Assembly (NCBI GenBank): GCA_030704615.1 | Contig: CM060733.1 | Span: 48,360,001 to 48,424,000 of the forward strand | DNA length: 64,000 bases | From: Takakia lepidozioides | Lineage: Eukaryota; Plantae; Bryophyta | Direction: 5' to 3' | Shown: positions 50,801 to 61,225 of the stretch, piece after piece | How the letters are laid out: each line of letters opens with the position of its first letter | How positions within the stretch are numbered: position 1 is the first letter of the stretch | The notes under the pieces: generated by a model | The model's input: only the letters and a program-made list of their open reading frames with translations | Databases searched by the model: none | What the model was told of the DNA's origin: nothing | Made by a program: the position numbers and the translations under genes

Positions 50801-53800
50801 AAATGAACCCTTCACTGCCAGCTCAAAGTGTGCGGCAACGCACACTTTTGAGCTGAACATTTCAATGTTTGGGTGCAAAATTTGGACTTCAGGGCACCTG
50901 GATGAAATGAACCCTTCACTGTCAGCCCAAACAGTGTGCGGCAACGCACACTGTTTGAGCTGAACATTTCAATGTTTCTGGGTGCAAAATTTGGACTTCA
51001 GGGGACCTGAGGATGAAATGAACCCTTCACTGCAGCCCAACAGTGTGCGGCAACGCACACTGTTTGAGCTGAACATTTCAATGTTTGGGTGCAAAATTTA
51101 ATCTGAGGTTGAAATGAACCCTTCACTGCCAGCTCAAACAGTGTGCGGCAACGCACACTGTTTGAGCAGATCTTTTCAATGTTTTAGGGTGCAAAATTTG
51201 GTCTTGATCTGAGGGTGAAATGAACCCTTCACTGCCCTCAACAGTGTGCGGCAACGCACACTGTTTGAGCTGAACATTTCAATGTTTCGGGTGCAAAATT
51301 TGGACTTCAGGGGCACCTATTAGGATGAAATGAACCCTTCACTGTCAGCCAACAGTGTGCGGCAACGCACACTGTTTGAGCTGAACATTTCAATGTTTTA
51401 GGGTGCAAAATTTGGTCTTCAGCTGAGGTTGAAATGAACCCTTCACTGCAGCTCAAACAGTGTGCGGCAACGCACACTGTTTGAGCAGAACTTTTCAATG
51501 TTTTAGGGTGCAAAATTTGGTCTTGCTGTCTGTTATCTGAGGGTGAAATGAACCCTTCACTGCCAGCTCAGACAGTGTGCGGCAACGCACACTGTTTGAG
51601 CTGAACATTTCAATGTTTCAGGGTGCAAAATTTGGACTTCAGGGGCACCTGGGTGAAATGAACCCTTCACTGCCAGCTCAACAGTGTGCGGCAACGCACA
51701 CTTTGAGCTGAACATTTCAATGTTTCAGGGTGCAAAATTTGGACTTCAGGGCACCTGGATGAAATGAACCCTTCACTGCCCAAACAGTGTGCGGCAACCA
51801 CACTGTTTGAGCTTTTCACAAACATTTGAAATGAACCCTTCACTGCCAGCTCACAGTGTGCGGCAACGCACACTGTTTGAGCTGACATTTCAATGTTTCA
51901 GGGCAAAATTTGGACTTCAGGGGCACCTAGGGTGAAATGAACCCTTCACTGCCAGCTCAGACAGTGTGCGGCAACGCACACTGTTTGAGCTGAACATTTC
52001 AATGTTTCAGGGTGCAAAATTTGGACTTCAGGGCACCTAGGTGAAATGAACCCTTCACTGTCAGCCAAAGTGTGCGGCAACGCACACTGTTTGAGCTGAA
52101 CATTTCAATGTTTCAGGTGAAAATTTGGACTTCAGGGGCACAGGATGAAATGAACCCTTCACTGTCAGCCAAAACAGTGTGCGGCAACGCACACTGTTTG
52201 AGCTGAACATTTCAATGTTTTAGGGTGCAAATTTGATCTGAGTGAAATGAACCCTTCACTGCCAGCTCAACAGTGTGCGGCAACGCACACTGTTTGAGCA
52301 CTTTCAATGTTTAGGGTGCAAAATTTGAAAATGAACCCTTCACTGCCAGCTCAACAGTGTGCGGCAACGCACACTGTTTGAGCTGTTTCAATGTTTCTGG
52401 GTGCAAAATTTGACTTCAAAGGTGAAATGAACGTCAGCCCAAACAGTGTGCGGCAACGCACACTGTTTGAGCTGAACATTTCAATGTTTTAGGGTGCAAA
52501 ATTTGGCTCAGGGTTATCTGAGGTTGAAATGAACCCTTCACCCAGCTCAAACAGTGTGCGGCAACGCACACTGTTTGAGCAGAAATGTTTAGGGTGCAAA
52601 TTTGGTCATTGAAATGAACCCTTCACTGCCAGCTCTGTGCGGCAACGCACACTGTTTGAGCTGAACATTTCAATGTTTCAGGGTGCAAATTTGGACTTCA
52701 GGGGGTGAAATGAACCCTGGACAGTGTGCGGCAACGCACTGTTTGAGCTGAACATTTCAATGTTTCAGGGTGCAAAATTTGGACTTCAGGGGCACCTACC
52801 CTTCACTGCAGCTCAAAGTGTGCGGCAACGCACACTGTTTGAGCTGAACATTTCAATGTTTAGGGTGCAAAATTTGGACTTCAGGGGCACCTATGTGAGG
52901 ATGAAATGAACCCTTCACTGTCAGCCAAAACAGTGTGCGGCAACGCACACTGTTTGAGCTGAACATTTCAATGTTTTAGGGTGCAAAATTGATCTGAGAA
53001 AATGAACCCTTCACTGCCAGCTGTGTGCGGCAACGCACACTGTTTGAGCGTTTGGGTGCAAAATTTGAAAATGAACCCTTCACTGCCAGCTCAACAGTGT
53101 GCGGCAACGCACACTGTTTGAGCTGAACATTTCAATGTTGGGTGCAAAATTTGGACTTCAGGGGCACCTATCTGAGGGTGAAATGAACCCTTCACTGCCA
53201 GCTCAGGTGCGGCAACGCACACTGTTTGAGCTGAACATTTCAATGTTTAGGTGCAAAATTTGGACTTCGGGTGAAATGAACCCTTCACTGCCAGCTCAAC
53301 AGTGTGCGGCAACGCACACTGTTTGAGCTGAACATTTCAATGTTTGGGTGCAAAATTTGGACTTCAGGGGCACCTGGATGAAATGAACCCTTCACTGCAG
53401 CCCAAACAGTGTGCGGCAACGCACACTGTTTGAGCTGAATTTCAATGTTTCAAAATTTGGACTTCCCTGAGGATGAAATGAACCCTTCACTGTCAGCCCA
53501 ACAGTGTGCGGCAACGCACACTGTTTGAGCTGAACATTTCAATGTTTTGCAAAATTTAATCTGAGTTGAAATGAACCCTTCACCCAGCTCAACAGTGTGC
53601 GGCAACGCACACTGTTTGAGCTGAAATGTTTAGGGTGCAAAATTTGATCTGAGGGTGAAATGAACCCTTCACTGCCAGCTCAACAGTGTGCGGCAACGCA
53701 CACTGTTGAGCTGACATTTCAATGTTTCCAAAATTTGGACTTCATGGATGAAATGAACCTTCACTGGTGTGCGGCAGTTTGAGCTGAACATTTCAATGTT

Positions 53801-56800
53801 TCAAAATTTGCGAGAGGAAATGAACCCTTCAGCTCAACAGTGTGCGGCAACGCACACTGTTTGAGCTTTTCAATGCAAAATTTGGATCTGAGGTGAAATG
53901 AACCCTTCACTGCCAGCTCAGGTGCGGCAACGCACACTGTTTGAGCTGAACATTTCAATGTTTCAGGGTGCAAAATTTGGACTTCAGGGGCACCTAAGGG
54001 TGAAATGAACCCTTGGCCAGCTCAACAGTGTGCGGCAACGCACACTGTTTGAGCTGAACATTTCAATGTTTTGGGTGCAAAATTTGGACTTCAGGGGCAC
54101 CTATTGAGGTGAAATGAACCCTTCACTGTCAGCCCAACAGTGTGCGGCAACGCACACTGTTTGAGCTGAACATTTCAATGTGGGTGCAAATTTGGACTTC
54201 ACTTGAGGATGAAATGAACCCTTCACTGCCAGCCAAACAGTGTGCGGCAACGCACACTGTTTGAGCTGAACATTTCAATGTTTTAGGGTGCAAATTTGGT
54301 AAAATGAACCCTTCACTGCCAGCGTGTGCGGCAACACTGTTGCAAAATTTGGAAATGAACCCTTCACTGCCAGCTCTGTGCGGCAACGCACACTGTTTGA
54401 GCTATTTCAATGTGGTGCAAATTTGGACTTCAGGGCACAGGGAAATGAACCCTTCACTGAAACAGTGTGCGGCAACGCACACTCATTTCAATGTTTGGGT
54501 GCAAAATTTGGACTTTCCCTTCACTGTTGTGCGGCAACGCACACTGTTTGAGCTGAACATTTCAATGTTTTAGGTGCAAAATTTGGACTTCAGCAATAAA
54601 TGAACCCTTCACTGTCAGCTCAAACAGTCTGCGGAACCGCACACTGTTTAGGCAGAACATATCAATATGAAGGGCGCAATGGGCGTCTGTTGTTTGAGCA
54701 GAACTTTTCAATGTTCTTTCCCTGTGAAAATCGGGAACATAGTCCGTGAGGATCAATGAACACTTACCTGGCAGCTCAAAGAACACTTCCTTTTGATCCC
54801 ACTTTTTCATGCATCGTCGACGTTTCATTCCTCTCTTATAAGAATTTGAGTAGAACAACCTTGCAGGAGAAAATGCAAAGTGTGCGGATGAGGTCCCTCA
54901 GGGTCAGGGGAAGGAGACCATAGTTGATGTTGACGATGAGTTTTATGAAAGCAAAGCCGCTGAGATGCTGGGGGTCAAAAGGTGAACTCTCAGCTTGTGG
55001 TTCAAAAGTATGCTTGCTCCTGGTGGGAGGTTGAAGATTCCCCTGTGTAGGTTGGTTTCCATGCCCGTCGTTCGTCCCACCCTTGTCAAAGACATTCTCA
55101 AGCTGGAGGCCGAGTTTGTTCATGGGTATTTGATGGATCCGCAGTCTTTTACGTTTCTACTAGGGATTCAGAGGTAACGAGCTCCTTGTGGATGAGTCAA
55201 TCGTCGACTCCTGGGACCCCATTTGGAGACAGGTGAACGAATCCTTCGAACTTCTTCTCCAGGAAAACCTTCCACCCAGGTATTCTCGGGGAAGATGTTT
55301 CACGTTTGGATGGCAACCACCGGTTGCTTGCATGGATGGCTGTCATTGGGAGGCTGCACTCACAGGAGGAAGAGTGGCATTACCTGTTCGATCGATGGTG
55401 CTTGATTGTGACGACAACATGATGGGTCTTCTGACGGCAATGAATGATGTGAACAGGTTGGTTTCTCATTGTACATGTTGCACTTCTGGTTCCGTTCTTC
55501 CTTGATTCAAGTCCTTGAATTACATTCTGAAATTCAGATATCATTCTGCAGAGGGACGGAGACATCGCATGTCAAAACGAGTCTGGTTCACACACTGTAT
55601 AGGATAAAAGGATCGGGAGATGCCCTTGACCAACTTCAAGACCATCCTTTCGGCAGAGATGTATAAGAAATGCGAAAGCTCCAAGACTTCGGAAACATGG
55701 TACTCGTTGACCCGTGAGCTTTCATGGAGTACATGTACACGGTGAGATACATCTTCCTTCATCTGGCCTTTCCATATTCCTGCTTCCACATGTTTGTTTC
55801 TGTCTGTCTCCCTTGACCTTGGATTGATGCAACTCTCTTGCATTCCCTTGCAGCAACATGCAGATGCAGGGGAGCGTGGCAAACTGGAATACTACAGCTC
55901 TACCCCTGAGGAGAGAAGGACAGCAAAGGGGGTTGAAAGTCACATCCAGAAGGAGATGAACGCTACAAGAAGGACAATAATGAGTGCTTTTGTGAAGCAG
56001 TTGAGAATGGCCGACCCATCATTCGGGCCGCAGTTTCTCCTGGAGATAAAAAACCATTATAACAAGCCAGGCAAGCCGGAGATGGCCCAGGAGAAGTTGC
56101 ACAGGTTGTCTACCGCCGTCGTGTCTTCTGAACAGAAGGTGAAGTGGCTACAGATATGGAACTCCGATCCCACAGTTAGGGATACCCACATGTTCCCAAG
56201 GCCAGAGAAGAGAAGAAGACCCAGCGTGTCGTTCCTGTCAGTGACAATGTGCTGGACACTGGCTTCACAAGGCCACTTACTGAGCCAGGTGTGATGTCCT
56301 CTCGTATCTCACTTTCTTTTCTCTTTTCCTGTCCTTCTCTTCCCATTGCCTCTTACATTCGCTGTGACTGTTTTTGGGGTTCATTCTTCCATTTCAATTG
56401 TTTTGCAGTTGGAAGAAAGGGCCCGATCGGTTCTGCATACTCAGCTGGCTGACTATGGCATCACTATGACAGCTCCGAAGGTCTCCTTCGAAGCTTACAT
56501 GAGGAAATGGAGAGCCACAGTGTGGCACTCTGGTTTCTTTAGAGAGTTCAGCAAGGAGGGTGGCATCAGTCGAACAAATGAGCTTGACCAGCAGGAAAAA
56601 GGAGAGGAAGCCTGGAAACGATGCCTTTACAGGTGCACACCCTTGCACTCTTTACTTGTGTTGTGGTTGCAATGTGTTGTGTGGCATACTGTTTAAGGGG
56701 GTCTTCCTGGTGTGTTGAAAAAGCTGGGACCAATATGTGCATGGAAAATGAGGCTGTGTCTGTTCCTGCAGGTACATTAAGTTTGTTCTCTTGGAAGAGA

Positions 56801-58966
56801 ATTGCTTGGACAAACATCCAGATTTCGTGGACCTTTGGCTTGTCCCTGCTGGCAACCAGACCATGTTCACTGCTGGGATCTTGCATGACTGGGGCCCAGA
56901 CCATCTTTCTTCTTGTGGTTGGTATTTGGATTGCCCTCCTTCAGAGACCCCAGCTGTAGAGTTGTCTTTGAGGAGAGAGAATGACCGTATTGCAGCCACT
57001 GCCGCAGCAGCGGACCTCGACATTCATGAGCGTAATCTGAGGACTCTTGCAGAGAAGGAGCCTCCCGCTCAGGATACCCCGGGTAGAGGAAGAAAGGCAA
57101 AGGGAAAAGATGTTGCTGGTGTTGTGGGGAAGGGAAGGGGTAGAGGAAGGTGGCACAAGGGCAGGGAAGTGTTGCAGCTATTGGCCCTGTGGAGCATGTC
57201 CAGCAGACTCCACCGCATGGTAGGGGATCCGGGAGAAAAAACAAGGGGGTGGTTGATCCAAGGACCCGTACCATGCAGTGGAACATCCCACGAGGGTCAT
57301 TCGTCCAACCAGGTTGGAGATTGCCAACGTCGGGTTCCTTGCCATGATGGAGTCGAAGAAATCTGATTACAAGGGCGAGCCATCACCAGTGTGGGAGAGG
57401 ATTGTCGAGTTCCTCAGCACGGTGCGTGTTCTCTTTGGGTTCTGTGGCTTCTGCTCTCTTTGTCTGCTGTGGGCATGGATCGTTTAAAACTTGTCAGAAT
57501 TCCATTGTATTTTTGTTTGCAGGCTAAAATGACCAAATCGTGGGTGAACGGGAAGGAGAAGCCATATGCAGCGGAACTCATCATCTTGGACATCCCTGAT
57601 GGGTTGGCAGTCCCGGATATCCCTCCATCGGGTGCTTGTCCGGGTTGGAATGCATTTGATGAGCGCTACTGGCGGTGGGTTTTTTCCTTTTGCAACTTCT
57701 TCCTTTCCGATGCAGGTGTTTTGGTTCTCATCCAGTCCATCGATGTTCGGTGTCGCCGTGCCCTTGCCAGCTATTTGAAAGCCTCGGGCATGAGAGTCGT
57801 GAAGACATGGAATTGTGTGAACAGCATGTACCTTACGAAGGGGGATCGTCCGGGAGAGATGGTGAGTTTCCCTTCTTCTTCCTCTTCTTTTTTGTTCTGG
57901 GATTGTGTTGTATAGGTCGCTCGAACTCATATGTAGGGGCCCGATTTTATTTTGGTTCTTAGTTCCTTGTGGATGTCATGTTCGCAGACTCGTCTGTTTG
58001 AAGCTGTTTGTCTCGTCCGGGTGCATCCACCAACGACTCCGGCCGGCATTACGGAGTTTGCCATCACTCACGGGGGCAAGTTCATAGATGACAGGACAGA
58101 TCCTCCCACGGATGACATGCATCACAACTACGTCGACAGCAACGTGTGCTTGCGAAGGGGGAATGGGGTTCCTTGGAGAGGGGCGAGGGAGAGGAGCCCG
58201 GCTTTCATTCAAACGATTGTGGAGTGCTGCACCTACACAGACGCCAGAGTTCTGGATTGTCGATGGGCACAGGTTCGTCTCTTCAACATTCACATTTCAT
58301 GAGGTTTGATTGAGCTTGCACTTTCAGCACTTTCCACCGTTCCGAATGTGTCTTCAATGTCTGCTTACTTCATTCTATTCCACTGCAGGTGCTTCGTACC
58401 ACGCTTGCAAGGCCAGTGCGCGACATGTCTTTGGGATTGAAGGGGATGCTGAGATTTACAAGAACCTCCTGATGGGTTTGGGTGGACACACTTCTCAGGT
58501 CCTTCCGAAGCCCCGTCCCGCTGATACTGGTACAGAGGAGACTTCTGACAAGGAGCTGGACTCCGACTTTGCCTGTGAGTAAGTTCAACCTGTGCATGCT
58601 TGCATTGTTGTTTCAATATCGAGAATCGCTGTTCTTGAGGCAAAGTGCACATGGGAGACATCCTCTTCGTTGGACTTGTGCATTGCATCATTGTGTTAAA
58701 AATGGGATTTTGTGGACATGTGTAGGAGTCCGCGTGCTTCCACTTGCCCTCCTGGGCTATCACACCTATTTGGACTTGTTTTCAGTCCTCCTCGGTCTTG
58801 TGTGCTACCTGTCTATGCGGAGGCACTCGCAGCAAGCATGTCCGTTCATGGCACTCAGAGTCCACCTTGCGATGGCCTTCGTAGAACACGTGGTGTTGGG
58901 GCCAGAATCTTTGTAGATGACATAGCACAGGAGGTGGACACTGATTGTGATGACTGCGACACTTGA
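44875..58966 (+). pseudogene. ParB-MTase cargo gene copy 2 (intron 1 = 45185-54866; multiple 1-2 bp indels, possibly assembly errors)
   Basis: Exon-by-exon match to 3802-11301; LDIPDG and RHVFGIEGD are retained. Confidence 0.8.
45264..54660. repeat. Expanded hairpin tandem array (~9.4 kb, roughly 90 units of up to 116 bp, many with ragged deletions)
   Basis: Core CAGTGTGCGGCAACGCACACTGTTTGAGC recurs throughout. The unit count is estimated from length, not counted exactly. Confidence 0.95.
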
Positions 58967-59370
58967 TATGAAGTATTCTTTTGGTTTAATTCTGGGACAA
59001 ATTTGAAATGGGATGGTTGTGTGTCCTTATTGTCCTCTTTGCAATGTGTGCGTGGAATTCACATTCATGGTTCCAAACTATTGTTGGAGATGGGGGTTGC
59101 ATGGACTGCCCGGATTGTTCCTTCAATATATTTGTTGTTTTGTGGACCTCACAGACTTGAGTACATTGCAAAAACAAACAAACCACTTTGTTCTCAATTC
59201 TCAATTCTCCCCACATCAACCCGCAGAAATAGGTGACACCACTCGGAAATAGGTGACATCCGCGGAAAATAGGCACTGTTTGCATGCTGACGTGGCGTGA
59301 GCCTGTGCTGGGCTCACGCTTTCCTGGGCTCACAGGCTCACGCCTCCAGGCTCACGGAATAGCACCCCCC

Positions 59371-59484
59371 ACAAGCCACATGGGCTGCCATCAGGTCTGG
59401 ATATAAGGGGTGTGCTACAATTTTTGCTTTATGTTTCTCAGTTTCCCAGTCTGTTTCTTCCCGAAGCTCGTTGTCCCAGTCAGT
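59371..59484 (-). pseudogene. 5' half of the KNOX1-domain exon of paralogue D
   Basis: atgcag|TDWDNELREETDWETEKHKAKIVAHPLYPDLMAAHVAC, then the transposon end. The adjacent 59485-59880 resembles intron 37690-38090 of paralogue B. Confidence 0.85.
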
Positions 59485-60368
59485 CTGCATGATTGATCAC
59501 CCAATTTAAATTGCATCCATGTCAGGAAAATGATCAATACACCACATGTAGTACCCCATATGTAGCTAGGAAATGTGATTTTAAACAGGAAAAAAGTCTA
59601 CAACATTGGAGAGTTCAAGACAGTATCAGCTATCACACTTTTGTATCTAGGGTACTATTGTAAAGAGGAGATGACCATCTCAAGCTGGATGGAAAAACAT
59701 TTTTAGTAGTAGTACCTGGTAGTCCGATCTCTGCAGATTTGCATTTTCTGTGCCCGAAAAGCCGAAAAACTGCTGCAGCTCCGCATTCATTCTAGCCTGA
59801 GGGAAATCCAGTTCAGTAGCAATTAGACTCGAATGGTGACCTAAGCGCTAGATTAAATACTAGATCTGCACGCATATAACTGTTGAATGATATCATCAAA
59901 TAGTCAGTTTACCAGTGAGCAATGTGCACTACTGACTATAATATGTTACATGTTACTTTCTCTTCAGATAGTTAGTTGCTAGTTAGTTTTCTTTATGTTA
60001 CATATGGCCATTCTTGGACTGTAGTTTCTGCTGCCTTTGTTTTTATGAGCTAGAGACGTTGCTCTCGACCTGCTGCTATCGACCTGCTGCTACGTAGGTG
60101 TGTAATGAGGTGACGATGGACAGCCTAGTCTGGTGACAATTAATTCAATGATCATTGAATCATGTAATGCTCAGATTTGTAGATCTTCAGCTGTTTGCTT
60201 GAGTGTGTATTCTGCACATCTGTGAGTGCATTTGTGCTTGTCTAAGTACATGTCTAAATTTGTCCACTGTTTATAGTGTCTATGTTTAGTTATCAGGAGC
60301 ATGTAAAACAAAAATAACAAGACAGTATATCACACTTTCAGAACTAAAACCGCAAAGAGGATTATAGT

Positions 60369-61145
60369 TGTTAGGTGCCTTGAACAAAGATCGAGACCTG
60401 TCAATCAGTTTGGCAAAGCAAGTGACTGCTAGAATATTGCCGAACTGACAGTTGCAGGTAAAATATGGAGCATGGTCGCGTGCATGATGAGATCCACGAT
60501 TAGGGATTTTGAAGAAGGCTTGGAGATGGCAAGTGTGGAGAGAAGGAGCATGATGGTGTACTGGCGGCTAGAGCATATCTGCTCTCGACAGGAAATCAGA
60601 TTTAGCATGGCGTGGTGGTTGGGTGGACCGGATGCTGTAACCGGTGCTGTGCTTACAGAGTTGTAAGTCGATGTTAGAATAGACGTCACAGGCCTTTGTT
60701 GGTCTGCAGCAGCAGCAGGGGCTATGATATCTCTTTTGTACAGAGCGATGGTGTAAATACTATGACTAAGGTCTTACAAGTGCTGATTTGAAAAGGGGCA
60801 GTTTAGAGTTGATTCTAGTCACTGTTTGTGAATACACTTCCCGTGAAGAACACGGCTGAACTATCTTTGGACTGGAGTGATCTCTGTTACGATCTGAACC
60901 AAAGAATTGTGACTGGAATAAGAGAGGCTGGTTACCAGGGATCCATACTGGTTTTGGATTGAATTGAGGCCCTATGATTATGACGAGAGAAAGTGCCTTG
61001 GAAATGTTGTTGATTTTCCTATTGGATGTAATCAAGCAAGCAGTTTTCTTTGGAGTTTTGGTAAATACCTTGTGAACAGCAAAACAAGCAGAGCGCCCGA
61101 AATTGGTCATAGTTGGACAAAGGAAAGAGTGTCAGACCTCTTTCA
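60369..61145 (+). repeat. 5' LTR (777 bp)
   Basis: Starts TGTTAGG exactly where a 53-bp match to 25940-25992 ends. Ends TTTCA, 2 bp before the PBS. Confidence 0.75.
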
Positions 61146-61147
61146 AG

Positions 61148-61159
61148 TAGTATCAGAGC
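61148..61159 (+). promoter_or_regulatory. Primer-binding site (tRNA-iMet-like) TAGTATCAGAGC
   Basis: One mismatch to TGGTATCAGAGC; lies between the LTR end and gag. Confidence 0.8.
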
Positions 61160-61225
61160 CAGGTTTGCGATCAGGGAGAACAGATCGTGAGTTTTGGAAT
61201 TTCTAGAAATTGGGTAATTGTGTGA

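Larger units (their letters stand above)
40662..59370. mobile_element. MULE-like element copy 2 (left end deleted), inserted in the KNOX1 exon of paralogue D
   Basis: Colinear with copy 1. The right end abuts KNOX codons ...AAHVAC. The left side breaks off inside the SWIM motif (CTCP). Confidence 0.85.

Noticed and set aside
46200-54600. Ragged deletions in array 2 as a biological diversification mechanism
   Set aside because: The pattern (lost homopolymer bases, dropped chunks, more indels in adjacent exons) is what poorly polished long-read consensus produces. It cannot be trusted without reads.
45264-54660. Repeat-protein ORFs (e.g. HPETLKCSAQTVCVAAHC; zinc-finger-like)
   Set aside because: The period of 116 is not divisible by 3, stops are frequent, and the ORFs appear only where deletions happen to shift frame.
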